This document shows, in pieces, positions 15,647-26,019 of a stretch of 64,000 bases of DNA; within the stretch, counting starts at the first letter, position 1, and every line of letters begins with the position of its first letter. Position numbers and translations under genes: made by a program. Source of the stretch: a virus (Duplodnaviria > Caudoviricetes); the IMG/VR virus record IMGVR_UViG_2648501258_000001, positions 1-64,000 of that record, one strand, 5' to 3'. A model generated the notes under the pieces. The model had not been told where the DNA came from. It worked only from the letters and a program-made list of their open reading frames with translations, and did no database searches.

Positions 15647-16757
15647 ATTTAGCCTCCTGATAGACAGTTGCGGTAAAGTGTGCTTGCGTAGCATCCTTAG
15701 CAGGTTCTCGACTAGAAGAATAATGCGTCTGGTCCTGCTTCTCAAATTTCTTAACTACTCGGTCAGGGCAATCACGGCGGCCAGGGGCATAATAGTAGCT
15801 GGTACGTTTGAGCATTGCATCTAGGTCTTTGAATTCTTCTGGCGACTCTCCCGGACGTCGAGAAGTAATCTTCACTGTCGCATTCTCAAAGGTCACAGCG
15901 AGTACAGGCTCGCTATATTCCCATTTAACCTGACCGCCATGGTGGGTTCCACGGTTGTATGACTCTTCTTGCACAGTGGATGCGAACAAGCCTACCCACT
16001 GAGTATCGCGGATCACTTCCTTACCATCGTCACGGTAATTTACAGCCTTGTAGTGTGTATAGTACGTGTAACCGCCCCGACTGCGATCCACTACACGATC
16101 AAACAACATGCGGTGCTGTGTCCACTCTAGCTTCACCATACCCACAAACTGACGCTCAGAGCCCTCAGAGCCATGCTGGTGAAGCTTGACGTAATCCCCA
16201 GGCTTCAAATCTTTCAGTCTAAGAGACTCATCTACCTTCTCAATCTCCTTGACCACTTGCTTGTACTCAGGAGCGTTGATTGGAAGCAGAATATGGCAAC
16301 CTTCCCGCCCCCATACACACTCATCCATAATCTCGCCATTGATGATAGTGCAGGATTGGATCAGGGTAGACAAGTTACCCGTTGGAATCTCTACAGTAAA
16401 GCCACGAGGATCGTGCAAACGGAACACCTTATTCTCTGTGGTCCAACGTGTGGCATCCTGTCCTACCTTAAAGCCCTTCATTGGCACGTTATCGTAGATA
16501 GCTGCATCACCCGCGTTCTCAGCCTCAAGTAGCTCTGTGATGTACTGTCCTTTATCGTCTTTGGTAAGATCACCATTAGCGTCTCTCACATACGAATAAC
16601 GAGCTGGTACATCTGCCCAGTTCTGTCCCGTGGTCATCATCTTGGTGGTGGCAGAGTCTGGAGTCCCATCACGCTTCACATTGTACGCACACATGTAAGC
16701 CAGACCACCACGACCTACAGCCTTAACAGCCCAAATCTTATCTGCAATATTGATCAT
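15639..16757 (-). CDS. conserved phage hypothetical protein (372 aa)
   Basis: DPRGFTVEI..NL motif; behind promoter 16788-16815 (TTGACT-16-TAGAAT). Confidence 0.75.
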   Translation of the reverse strand: MINIADKIWAVKAVGRGGLAYMCAYNVKRDGTPDSATTKMMTTGQNWADVPARYSYVRDANGDLTKDDKGQYITELLEAENAGDAAIYDNVPMKGFKVGQDATRWTTENKVFRLHDPRGFTVEIPTGNLSTLIQSCTIINGEIMDECVWGREGCHILLPINAPEYKQVVKEIEKVDESLRLKDLKPGDYVKLHQHGSEGSERQFVGMVKLEWTQHRMLFDRVVDRSRGGYTYYTHYKAVNYRDDGKEVIRDTQWVGLFASTVQEESYNRGTHHGGQVKWEYSEPVLAVTFENATVKITSRRPGESPEEFKDLDAMLKRTSYYYAPGRRDCPDRVVKKFEKQDQTHYSSSREPAKDATQAHFTATVYQEAKYD

Positions 16758-16831
16758 CTATTTTCTCCAAGGTTAGTTGATGTGCTTATTCTACGCTTAT
16801 CAGAAGAGCAGTCAAGGTTTATTTTAGATAT

Positions 16832-16858
16832 GAAAAAGCCCCGCATTAGCGGGGCTTC
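16832..16858 (-). terminator. intrinsic terminator
   Basis: AAGCCCCGC-TAAT-GCGGGGCTT followed by TTT. Confidence 0.8.
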
Positions 16859-16868
16859 CTTCTTGAGC

Positions 16869-17945
16869 TTAGGCTACAACAGTGTAGTTTTTCAGCTCAG
16901 TGTTACGAATCCACCAGCCGTAACCATCTTCGGATTCCAGCTTCCATTCCGAAGTATCACCACGATCACGTTGGATGATCTTGTATTGCTTACCCGGCTT
17001 ATGTTCCTCGGTATCCTCTGGAGTTACAGCCAGGAGTGTAACACCTACGGACAGCTTACCTTCATCATGTGCAACTTGAGCAGACTTCTCCACAAACTTC
17101 AAACCATGTTTAGCTACTCGCTCCAACAGGGCTGCAAGTTCTTCTTGTGCCTTGTCCACTACCGCTTGCTTTGTAGCAACACGCTGAGTAGCTGCTTCCA
17201 GTTCTAGGGTTGCAGTAGTGATAGCAATCTTGGCTGTCTCCATCTCGGCACGCAGTGCTGCCAATTCAGTATCCAAGACGTCTACAGCAGGGGCGCTAAC
17301 AACTGCAAACGTCCAGTCTGCATAGTTACGAGTCAAACGACCGCCAGGAGTCTTAACGGCTGGACGACTATAGCCCTCGTGTTGGACTACATCGTACACT
17401 TCACCGACTTTCATGCCCCAGTGTTCATGATGACCATCGCCCTTGCTGGTGAGTTCTACTTTCATACCAACTTTCATATCTTCAATTTTAATGTCGGTTT
17501 TAACGCTTGGGCGATCCGCAGGGAGACGGTAAGCTACAATGGTAGCATTGCCAGAGCCGGTGAAAGTCCAGGTTGTTGCACTGTAGCTGTTTTCAGGCTT
17601 GTTCACAGATTGTTTCGCTTCGCCGGTGCCAGCTTTAAGGCCAAGGATCAGCGTACCATCGTTGTACAGCACGTCTACGATAGTGCCACGAGGAACAGGT
17701 ACAATGCCACGGGTATTTTCACGGTTACTGATGAAGCCTTGTTCATCTTTTGCGGAGGTTGGAACCACTACAACTGAGTTTCGACGCCCATAATCACTGC
17801 TACCATCATCAAATCGAACCGCTACACGTACATCCCCAAGCTCTGTTACAACACCTTCTTTACCGTAATTGTGGGAGTAGAATGCACCGCCAGGGACATT
17901 TTTAACTCGTACACGAGAACCGACAGCCAGAGTAGATTGAGTCAT
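16869..17945 (-). CDS. multi-domain SH3/KOW-like repeat protein with coiled coil
   Basis: several xxVGxxV repeats; behind promoter 17994-18022. Confidence 0.7.
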   Translation of the reverse strand: MTQSTLAVGSRVRVKNVPGGAFYSHNYGKEGVVTELGDVRVAVRFDDGSSDYGRRNSVVVVPTSAKDEQGFISNRENTRGIVPVPRGTIVDVLYNDGTLILGLKAGTGEAKQSVNKPENSYSATTWTFTGSGNATIVAYRLPADRPSVKTDIKIEDMKVGMKVELTSKGDGHHEHWGMKVGEVYDVVQHEGYSRPAVKTPGGRLTRNYADWTFAVVSAPAVDVLDTELAALRAEMETAKIAITTATLELEAATQRVATKQAVVDKAQEELAALLERVAKHGLKFVEKSAQVAHDEGKLSVGVTLLAVTPEDTEEHKPGKQYKIIQRDRGDTSEWKLESEDGYGWWIRNTELKNYTVVA

Positions 17946-18025
17946 TTTTGAATCTCCTTTGTTTGTTTATGTTTGCCTTTCGGCTGTGAGACCATTCTGG
18001 CCTAATATGGTTTAGCTGTCAACAA

Positions 18026-18469
18026 CTATTTCAAGTAAGAGAACTTTTCTCGGTATAGCGTGATCAGACCGCTTGCAGTGGTTTCAATCTTAGACATGCA
18101 CGTGCCCAGCATGAAGCCTTTAGGACACACCACGTCAGTCATGTCCACCAGAACAGTCGCTTTGTTCTTTGTGCCAACGTAGGTGACGAAGGTCTCCATC
18201 TTGATGGACATATCCTTTTGCATCAGGGAAGTATCGCCTTCTGCTGCCCACTGAGAAGCTACAACAGGGTACACCGCTGCAATTGGGTAGGTGCCCAATT
18301 CATACTTATCAGGACCAACCTGTCCGGTCATCCGCACATCAGCATGTTCAGCTGTTACAGTGCCGACATTCACTGCACCAGAGCTGCCGTGGATCACTAC
18401 ATCTTGATTGATGCAGCCCGCCAGTAGGACAGCAGCTAGAGTCGCTCCAAGAGCCTTGAAGAGCTTCAT
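18026..18469 (-). CDS. lipoprotein
   Basis: signal peptide with LLAGC lipobox. Confidence 0.7.
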   Translation of the reverse strand: MKLFKALGATLAAVLLAGCINQDVVIHGSSGAVNVGTVTAEHADVRMTGQVGPDKYELGTYPIAAVYPVVASQWAAEGDTSLMQKDMSIKMETFVTYVGTKNKATVLVDMTDVVCPKGFMLGTCMSKIETTASGLITLYREKFSYLK

Positions 18470-18849
18470 ACGTCCAACTCACGCAAGAGCGTAGCTACCA
18501 ACACTTGACGCTTGCCGTTTAGGCGTGCCTTGTTGGCAATCTCTGCTGCGATCTGAGCTTCTAGTGATTCGATGGCTCCCTTGCTCTGTTTGATTTCAGC
18601 GTTGATTTCACGGATTTTCTGTTCAGTTGGAACTTCTACCTCTACCGGAATAGCTGCAAAACTATTAGAGTGGCAGGAGAGTCCCGGTCCATAGTGCCGA
18701 ACGTCGCCGGATACGAGAACCTCTTCAATTGAATACCGGCCCCAACTGTTAATCGACCGTATAGTTACAATCTTGCCAGTGAACTGAGGATGAATGCCCC
18801 AACCACCTTCTACGATTCTAACTTTCTGGCCTTCCCAAAATTTACTCAT
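18466..18849 (-). CDS. SH3-like domain plus coiled-coil protein
   Basis: FWEGQKVRIV N-terminus. Confidence 0.65.
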   Translation of the reverse strand: MSKFWEGQKVRIVEGGWGIHPQFTGKIVTIRSINSWGRYSIEEVLVSGDVRHYGPGLSCHSNSFAAIPVEVEVPTEQKIREINAEIKQSKGAIESLEAQIAAEIANKARLNGKRQVLVATLLRELDV

Positions 18850-19046
18850 TTTTGAATCTCCTTTCTGATGTTTTGAATTTCACCCTGCAACTCTCGGAAT
18901 TGCTGGTGACTGATTGTGAAGTCAGCGAAGTAAGCTTCTGCTGCTCCAGTGGCCTTATTAAGACACACTTCCTTCCACCAGTCAAGCTCATTTTCCCGGA
19001 AGATAAGGTAAGAGCGGACAAACTTCATTTTCTGATCAGTTGTCAC
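18846..19046 (-). CDS. hypothetical protein
   Basis: overlap-coupled ORF. Confidence 0.55.
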   Translation of the reverse strand: MTTDQKMKFVRSYLIFRENELDWWKEVCLNKATGAAEAYFADFTISHQQFRELQGEIQNIRKEIQK

Positions 19047-19258
19047 AACTTGCCCCCAAGCTTTTCAAAGAGACGATGACCAGGGATCACGCCATCGGCA
19101 GCTAAGCGGCTGTTGATTCGAAATTGGATCAAATCGTTTGCATTCTGTTCGCCCATGCTGTTACGTACCTTATCTTGACAATCCCAATGGCACTTAAGCA
19201 GACCATTAAATACCTGACCGTCGATCATTGGAAGGTTGCATCCGGGACAATTGCTCAT
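19043..19258 (-). CDS. small Zn-finger-like hypothetical protein
   Basis: CPGC...HWDC. Confidence 0.55.
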   Translation of the reverse strand: MSNCPGCNLPMIDGQVFNGLLKCHWDCQDKVRNSMGEQNANDLIQFRINSRLAADGVIPGHRLFEKLGGKL

Positions 19259-19518
19259 TTATCTTTCACTCCTATCTGTAGGGTGTATTCCCCGTTACTG
19301 TCCTTCGAGAGTTCAAAATGCTCACCGTAGATGTACTCCACGGGAGTGTCATCGCCCTCATCCTTCCACTGCTGGTGGTCTACCTTAGCATCGAAGTCCA
19401 CCATGTTGCAAGTGCCTCCTTGCTGATAGTAACCTCCACCACCGAAATGCTCCAAGGTGGAGACTTTAGCACGTTGTGGCATCGTTTTCAACCACTCAAT
19501 GTATTCAGCGACTATCAC
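19255..19518 (-). CDS. hypothetical protein
   Basis: overlap-coupled ORF. Confidence 0.6.
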   Translation of the reverse strand: MIVAEYIEWLKTMPQRAKVSTLEHFGGGGYYQQGGTCNMVDFDAKVDHQQWKDEGDDTPVEYIYGEHFELSKDSNGEYTLQIGVKDK

Positions 19519-19886
19519 TTCGAGCCTCCTTCGATACGTTTAATTGTCTTCTGGAAGACCTTAACACCCATTTTCAGTCCAGCAACGCCCGCCTTCTCGA
19601 CCTGAGCCTTCAACTGATTAGCTGCATGGCTACAAGCTACCACGTTACCCTTCACATAGCCCTTCGAACAGTCGATACGATCAATTGTCAAATCAGAACC
19701 ACGAATTGGAAAGCTAGCGTGGCGGGCCTTAGTCAGCGGAAGGCCAGTGTAGTGACATTTCTTTGCACTTAGGATGTTCTTCATTGCTTGGAAGGTCATG
19801 TTGAACTCAATGCCACGTTCCCTTGCATTATCTGCCTTACGACGAAGTTTATCGGCTACATACAGATCGAAGGTTGCATCGGACAT
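19515..19886 (-). CDS. HNH-like endonuclease
   Basis: CHYTG...TIDRIDCSKGYVKGNVVAC. Confidence 0.7.
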   Translation of the reverse strand: MSDATFDLYVADKLRRKADNARERGIEFNMTFQAMKNILSAKKCHYTGLPLTKARHASFPIRGSDLTIDRIDCSKGYVKGNVVACSHAANQLKAQVEKAGVAGLKMGVKVFQKTIKRIEGGSK

Positions 19887-19931
19887 TTTATTTCTCCTGA
19901 GTAATTTAGGATGTAAACGTTAAGTGTTCCC

Positions 19932-19966
19932 TGCCATGTACACTGTCAGATGCAGTGTACATGACA
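19932..19966 (-). promoter_or_regulatory. leader hairpin (element C) behind promoter 19994-20022
   Basis: UGUCAUGUACACUG-7nt-CAGUGUACAUGGCA; covaries with the element A stem. Confidence 0.6.
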
Positions 19967-20046
19967 AGCTAGCTTAACTTCTCTTGTGTGGCTATTCTAT
20001 TGGGAGTTGACGTCCTTGTCAACAAGGATTTTCACACCTTACACCA

Positions 20047-21430
20047 TTATTTACGAGCTACCAGCTTATAGTTGTGAACGTCGCCACGGTGACGTTGATC
20101 ACCCTTATCGTCCCGAAAACGCAGAGCATCTTGATCTGCATAATCATTTGTTAGGGTGTACACGCCACCCCTGTGAATGTCGACGCCACTTGCCAGAGCC
20201 TCAACACAGTCGCCTTTCTTCCAAGAAGACACACGAGCTTTGCTCAAGTCTTCGGCACGACGTACCAGCTTGAAGCAGCCGTTCGACACACAGCGCATCA
20301 TTGGATCACCGTCGTTGTCGATTACAAGTGATAGCTTCATATCCCATTTTGCGTACCTTGTACTCTCGACCTACTGTCAGAGCTGCTGGACTAGCACCTT
20401 GAGTGCTGATACAGACAACAGTGTCGCCTGTATTCCAAGTACTCGATGGCTCTTCAACCTCTGGAGCCTTAACTAGCTTACCACCCTGTACAGTGTAGCC
20501 CGACAAAGCGATATAGGCCAACTTGCTTTGCTTGTCTGTGTTGAGTCGAGCAACATCACGCTGCAAGGTTTCAACTTGCTGGAGCTTACCGCGAACCTCT
20601 TCTTCCAGTTTTTGAACCGCTGCAAACACGGTCGTTGCTGGACTCACTTCTACAGTGACACCCGGAATTGCAACTTGAGTATCTACCTTCGCATATTCCG
20701 CGTCAGTGTAAGCGTGGAAGGAAGTATTGCTATCATGGTCATTGATAGCGTAGTACCAGATGCCATTCTCATCCTGCTTGTGCCACCTGTTAGCGTGGAT
20801 ACTGTTCATGCTGTAGTGTGTTGCACCCCGTGGTGCATGCGACCACAGAACACCCGCTACAGGGCCAGCAGGGGCCTTGGTGATGTTCTCAAGGGATACA
20901 TAGTGCGAGAAGCCGTGTTCGTCTTTAAAGCGAGGGATGCGTGTAGCGTCATCAATGCTCAAGAACACACGACCACGGAAGCCGTATGAATACTTGAATT
21001 GTTCTTTAACTACAACCTCATCACCGACCTTGAGTCCCATCGCTGCCGATGGTGTGACAGGAATGCGAGGTGCTACTACAGTCTCAGGCTCCACTGCGGT
21101 AGTGATTTCACTCAGGTCCAAATACTGTGTCTTACCGTCCTGCATAAAGGATGGAACGGAAGTCTTATCATCACGGAAGAGTACAGCAGTCTTGCCGACC
21201 TTGAAGCTGTGCTCACATTTAATGCCACGGCCGACGATAACAACATCACCGACCTTTAGGCCGCGACGCTCTGCTGGAGTTTGCAGGCGAAGATTGGTAG
21301 TTGGAATGGCCTCATAACCCCCACCAACAGGGATCACGCCCATCAGAGTATGACCTACATCTTGAATAGTGCCGAGGATAGTGGTGCCGGATTTGGTTGC
21401 AACTTTATCGCCACGTTTGAATTGAGTCAT
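20047..21430 (-). pseudogene. SH3-like repeat protein split into two ORFs (21430-20306 and 20340-20047) by an apparent 1-nt frameshift
   Basis: deleting one base at 20326-20327 gives YEAITVIDNDGD and completes the repeat. Confidence 0.5.
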
Positions 21431-21444
21431 TGTAATCTCCTTTC

Positions 21445-21672
21445 TTAATTGATTTGGATTGTAACGTTGATGCCAAGATTGTACGTCCATTTCAAGAGCT
21501 GGTCAAGCGAAAACTTCTCAACTCTTGCGTGAAACAGATTACTTATCCGAGGCTGTGTAGTCTCCAATAAGTAAGCCATATCCACCTGATTCATAGAATG
21601 CTTGACGGCATAACGCTTAATGGATTGTGCCAGTGAAAGCTTCTGTTCGTCAAGCCAATTCTCTGCAATCAT
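21445..21672 (-). CDS. XRE-family HTH regulator
   Basis: MNQVDMAYLLETTQPRISNL...KFSLDQL. Confidence 0.8.
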   Translation of the reverse strand: MIAENWLDEQKLSLAQSIKRYAVKHSMNQVDMAYLLETTQPRISNLFHARVEKFSLDQLLKWTYNLGINVTIQIN

Positions 21673-21890
21673 TTATGTACCTCGTACACGTGATTGTTCT
21701 TAACAGCGAACGGTGAGATATTGGCAGTGTGGTACACACCTGTCAATCCCAGGGCGAAGATGATTGCACCAAACCACTTACCTGCTCCACTCTTGTCGAA
21801 TAGGCCAAGCAGGATGAACCACGAGGCGCCAACACAGGTGAAGAACACACAAACTGCCAGGAGAAAGAACCAGCCAATGATAGCTAGCAT
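21669..21890 (-). CDS. small membrane protein
   Basis: two TM segments. Confidence 0.6.
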   Translation of the reverse strand: MLAIIGWFFLLAVCVFFTCVGASWFILLGLFDKSGAGKWFGAIIFALGLTGVYHTANISPFAVKNNHVYEVHK

Positions 21891-22160
21891 TTAGCCCACT
21901 AGTGCTTTCAGTGTAGCCAAGGCGGCTTCTACGTTGGCGATAGCCTCTTTGACATTAGAGGACACTGGTGCAACATCAGCTACCAATTCAACGTCATCCA
22001 GCTGACCATAGTCTTCTTCGCCGTCGAAGCTGCAAGTTACGTGGTGTTCATTGAAAGATACAACTACGCCCACTGCACGTTCAAACTCGCTGGAGAACAA
22101 ACCGCCACGGTGTGCAGTTACACGGACACGTTGACCAACTTTAAATTCAGAATATTTCAT
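21891..22160 (-). CDS. SH3-like domain protein
   Basis: FKVGQRVRV...FDGEEDYG. Confidence 0.7.
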   Translation of the reverse strand: MKYSEFKVGQRVRVTAHRGGLFSSEFERAVGVVVSFNEHHVTCSFDGEEDYGQLDDVELVADVAPVSSNVKEAIANVEAALATLKALVG

Positions 22161-22180
22161 TTTATTTCTCCTTTGAAAGA

Positions 22181-22405
22181 TTATAGGGTTTTCAGTTCTT
22201 CGATAGATAATTGCTGATCCAGTGCAACAATCAACGGAAAACTCCGAAGAAAGCCAATGCCAAGATCAGAACACAAGTCTACCAGCTCATCGACATTAAA
22301 GTCAACATCGAGTTGCTTATATTCATACCCGACGCCCTTGGCGTCGAGGATGTTCTTTGCCAGCGTACACGATGGGCAGTTGGTTTTACCGTAGATCGTG
22401 ATCAT
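22181..22405 (-). CDS. glutaredoxin
   Basis: IYGKTNCPSCTLAK...SFPLI. Confidence 0.9.
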   Translation of the reverse strand: MITIYGKTNCPSCTLAKNILDAKGVGYEYKQLDVDFNVDELVDLCSDLGIGFLRSFPLIVALDQQLSIEELKTL

Positions 22406-22914
22406 TAGTACAGCATCGCCCGAATCTCAGCAGTCAGCTTGTCAATCGCTTCAAGCTTCTCCTTGATGGTAGTTGCTTCTGGGACTGGCTCTTTGAACAG
22501 GCTCAGCTCTTCATGAGTGCCCCAATCACGGGAGTCATCTTCAAAGCGTACCAGCACTGGAAGCGAAGTTTTATCCACCAGCTCTACGGTGCCAGTTTTA
22601 CCTCGGCTGCTGCGTTCGAAACCATCAGATGCACGGCGAGTTACAGTAACCTTGTCGCCCACTTTGAATTTAGTACTCATTACTACTTCCTCCTGTTCTG
22701 TGATTTTCTGTAAATGTTTCAGGGCAAGAAATGCCCCCTCGGACTGGAACTTATCTGCTAGTCTGTACTCAGTGTTATCACCTTTAAAAAGAGGGCAGCT
22801 ACTGCCATCGTCCATATTAAGGGTAACGATTTGCCCCTCTTTAAACCCACAGTGGGCCTCCAATACCCGGAATTTATCCCCGACTTTATAACCCTTGTCT
22901 TGGCATACTGTCAT
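22405..22914 (-). CDS. two-domain SH3-like protein
   Basis: YKVGDKFRV and FKVGDKVTV repeats. Confidence 0.7.
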   Translation of the reverse strand: MTVCQDKGYKVGDKFRVLEAHCGFKEGQIVTLNMDDGSSCPLFKGDNTEYRLADKFQSEGAFLALKHLQKITEQEEVVMSTKFKVGDKVTVTRRASDGFERSSRGKTGTVELVDKTSLPVLVRFEDDSRDWGTHEELSLFKEPVPEATTIKEKLEAIDKLTAEIRAMLY

Positions 22915-22924
22915 AATCTATCTC

Positions 22925-23146
22925 CTATTGTTTAATTTTCTGGACATAACTCAAATCGAGATAAGCACCTCTAGCAGTGTAATCGTCTGCCAGTGTGTAA
23001 AGAGCGTTATCACCCTTGAACATTGGCATATCTGTCTCATCATCCCGGTTTAGTTCGATTACCTGACCAGCCGTGAATCCCTCCATAGTTTCCAGTACAG
23101 TAAACTTATCCCCAACTTTGTAGCCCATCTCTTCGCACGGTGTCAT
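22925..23146 (-). CDS. SH3-like protein, paralogue of the N-domain of the neighbouring gene
   Basis: GYKVGDKF.VLE...GQ...L..DD....P.FKGDN..Y.LAD. Confidence 0.7.
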   Translation of the reverse strand: MTPCEEMGYKVGDKFTVLETMEGFTAGQVIELNRDDETDMPMFKGDNALYTLADDYTARGAYLDLSYVQKIKQ

Positions 23147-23172
23147 TTTTTTTCTCCCTTGCTTATCTTATT

Positions 23173-23233
23173 AAAAAGCCCCATCTACCGGAGCAGTGGG
23201 GCTGATTCTATACAGCTTCTAGGTAGCTGTCAA
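23173..23233 (-). terminator. sigma70 promoter (23205-23233) followed by a terminator-like hairpin
   Basis: TTGACA-17-TAGAAT; AGCCCCA..TGGGGCT followed by TTTT. Confidence 0.6.
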
Positions 23234-23236
23234 CCC

Positions 23237-24967
23237 TTATTGGCAAAGCTCGCAAGATTCTACACGAGAGATTCGCCCACTGTTCCGCATCGAGTAGATG
23301 TAGTAGAGGCTGAGGATTCCCTCATCTTCAAAGCACATGCGGTGAATCTTCCCAATGTACCACTCTGGGTCATTGCTGGTGAAGTACAGGTTGATGCTCT
23401 GTGCTTGGTCGATGTAGCGCTGACGTTGCGAGCAGAGACGGATGTAGTCTTCCATTGGAATCTCGAAACCTGTCCGTAGGGCAGCTTTCTCTTCATCATC
23501 CAGCCAGTCTACAAACTGAACAGAGCCCTTATCCTTGTTCACCTCACGTACACAGGTATCAAAGTCTAGACCTTTCTCCTTGATCCACTTGAGCAACACC
23601 TTGTTGACGCGGAAAAACTCCCCGCCAGCTGACTGCTTAGTGAACACCATCGCAGTGTCCAAGCCAATGCCCTCAGAAGCTCCTGCCATCAACTCTGCAG
23701 TGCTTTTAGTGGGTGGCATCATCAGACGTGTGGCATTGCGAATACCAAGCCCCACACAGCCCTCTGGCTCGCCCAGAACAGTAGCCAACCATTCTGTGGC
23801 TAGTCTCGATTCACTATCCAGCCCCTTGAAAATCTGTGTATTCAGGAACATACATTCCATAGAGGATACAGAAATCTTCTCTTGTTGCATCAATGTGTGC
23901 CAGCCCAACACACCACTACCCAAAGCACGGAAGTCCTTAGTGAACTTACGGATACGGGACATAGCAATCTTATCCACACTGGACATAGCGTCCATAGCCT
24001 CAATGTACTCACTGATATTGCAATCAGACATTACTTGCCCAATAAATACCAGATGCTCAGGCCAGCTGCGATACAACTCCAGGTTATAGTTCAAGATCAC
24101 ACACGAGAATGTGTAATCTGTAGAACTTGGCAGGCAAGTCTCTTGACACAAGTTAGAAGCATTGACACGCAGCCCCAGGCGTTTAAAAGCTAAGGCAAGG
24201 TGGCGGTTCATTTTACTGATAAAAGTAAAGTAACCCTTACCACGTGGGAGCTTAACACCGAGAATCTTGCCAAACTTCTTAGCTGTCTCATCACATGTAG
24301 CCATCTTGGCAATGAATTCATCGTCAATCAGCCAACCCACGTTGTTGCTCTCGGTACGTTCATACAAGTGTGTAAGCACACTGTCAAAGTCACCATGCTG
24401 TGGTCGGATAGAGTAAGCTAGGCTCCCTCTTCGTGCCCCCTGTGTAACCTCTTCCATGACATTGATGAAGTCCCGGATAATAGGCATTACACCTAGCGAA
24501 CGGCCACCACGAGCAAGAACGTCACCCTCAGCAGGCCAATCATCTACCGAATAACTCGTACCATGACTGTGTTTAGTTAGAATAGCAGCCTCTGTGATAG
24601 CGTTGTAGCGGTCGAACAGGTTATTCCCTACGTTACCACCAGCACAGCTTACAGTAGTACCTCGGCCACGCAGACCACCATTAGCCAGAAGAGGCGTTGA
24701 TGGAGAGATAAAGCCGTCCCACATTGCGAAGAAGAAGACGTCTTCCCAGTCTCTTCCTTTTGTATATTCATTCGTATTCCACCATTCCGGGTAATTCTTT
24801 GGTGCATGTTGTGCCATAGCTCGTGCAACGCTCTGAAAGCGGTTGCGTACTGTTTCGCCCTTCCAAGAATAGCGCTCCATGAAGAGCTGGTATCCGCCCG
24901 TTGTGTACCAGTCCGGGCAGGAACCGGCAGCTTGAGCTGCCTTCCGTTGTGCTGAGTAGTCAATCAT
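23237..24967 (-). CDS. nrdA: ribonucleotide reductase class Ia alpha subunit
   Basis: SPSTP, VSC, SNLCQE, PPTKS, DQAQSIN, SLYY and C-terminal CxxC. Confidence 0.95.
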   Translation of the reverse strand: MIDYSAQRKAAQAAGSCPDWYTTGGYQLFMERYSWKGETVRNRFQSVARAMAQHAPKNYPEWWNTNEYTKGRDWEDVFFFAMWDGFISPSTPLLANGGLRGRGTTVSCAGGNVGNNLFDRYNAITEAAILTKHSHGTSYSVDDWPAEGDVLARGGRSLGVMPIIRDFINVMEEVTQGARRGSLAYSIRPQHGDFDSVLTHLYERTESNNVGWLIDDEFIAKMATCDETAKKFGKILGVKLPRGKGYFTFISKMNRHLALAFKRLGLRVNASNLCQETCLPSSTDYTFSCVILNYNLELYRSWPEHLVFIGQVMSDCNISEYIEAMDAMSSVDKIAMSRIRKFTKDFRALGSGVLGWHTLMQQEKISVSSMECMFLNTQIFKGLDSESRLATEWLATVLGEPEGCVGLGIRNATRLMMPPTKSTAELMAGASEGIGLDTAMVFTKQSAGGEFFRVNKVLLKWIKEKGLDFDTCVREVNKDKGSVQFVDWLDDEEKAALRTGFEIPMEDYIRLCSQRQRYIDQAQSINLYFTSNDPEWYIGKIHRMCFEDEGILSLYYIYSMRNSGRISRVESCELCQ

Positions 24968-26019
24968 TCTGCATCTCCCATTCTCCATCCATCAATAAAT
25001 CCTTGCTCACTCCAGCTCGACTCATATTCCATGCCCATCCCAGGAGTAAAGAAGTCAACCATTTTGTAAGACTCAGTGCCCAACTCAAACCACTCTGTAA
25101 TAGGAGAAGTTGCACCAGGGAATGGTTCATCTAGCCCCAGGCGAGTAGCGAAGATATTCAAACGAGTCTTTACATAATCTTTGAAACTCTCCTTGGTCAT
25201 ACCATTCAAAGTATCTTCAATGAATGCCATATCAATGATCATGCACTCATGTGCGTAAGCATATTGAATAGCCTTGTTGATGATCGCTACGCGATGCAAG
25301 TCTTCCCGTAGTGGACGTCCAAGCTCACGGTAGTGTTGGTTGATCACCTCAGCAGCAGCAAGCCCGTGCAAGTCTTCGTCGATAGCACTTTGGTTAGTTC
25401 CCCGTACAACGACAGGAATCTTATTGTAACCATTACTCTGGAAGCTTTTCAGAATAGCAAAGCTCGCAAACAGTAGTGCAGTCTCTGTCATAGAGAAGAC
25501 GATACAAGATAGAAGTTTGTCCTCACCAGACAGTACACCTTCCAACCACTCGACACGTGCAGCCAACTCGGGGTTAGCAGCATATGCACGGTAGTCTTCA
25601 TCCTTATCTAGGCCAAGTTGTACGTTTAGTTGGTTATAGAACCGAGCGTGTACTTGCAATTCAAAAGCAGCGAAGGCAGCAGCCATTGCTTTAACTTCTG
25701 GCCGAGGGAACAACTTAATAAACAGATTGCCCCAGAACTCTTCACCAACAATCAATTCATACTTAAGGAACAACTGGAGAACAAATTTTACAGCGTGAAG
25801 TTGAGCAGGTGTTAGTTCGTAGAGCAATTGCATACGATCCAATTCAACTTTCATTTCTGTGTTAGTCCAGAATTGTTTGTCAAACTGTACGTCTGCAAAT
25901 GCGAAGAATTGCGGATAGACAGTGGCATAACTGTCTGTGGTTGTCATAATTCGGGTCTTGGCGTTGAAATCGAAGGGTAGCCCCATTGCTACCCCTCCTG
26001 TGATTGTCTGCTCTGTCAT
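24964..26019 (-). CDS. nrdB: ribonucleotide reductase beta subunit
   Basis: FW..E, E..H..FY, LFASFA, DEDLH, DFF. Confidence 0.95.
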   Translation of the reverse strand: MTEQTITGGVAMGLPFDFNAKTRIMTTTDSYATVYPQFFAFADVQFDKQFWTNTEMKVELDRMQLLYELTPAQLHAVKFVLQLFLKYELIVGEEFWGNLFIKLFPRPEVKAMAAAFAAFELQVHARFYNQLNVQLGLDKDEDYRAYAANPELAARVEWLEGVLSGEDKLLSCIVFSMTETALLFASFAILKSFQSNGYNKIPVVVRGTNQSAIDEDLHGLAAAEVINQHYRELGRPLREDLHRVAIINKAIQYAYAHECMIIDMAFIEDTLNGMTKESFKDYVKTRLNIFATRLGLDEPFPGATSPITEWFELGTESYKMVDFFTPGMGMEYESSWSEQGFIDGWRMGDAE

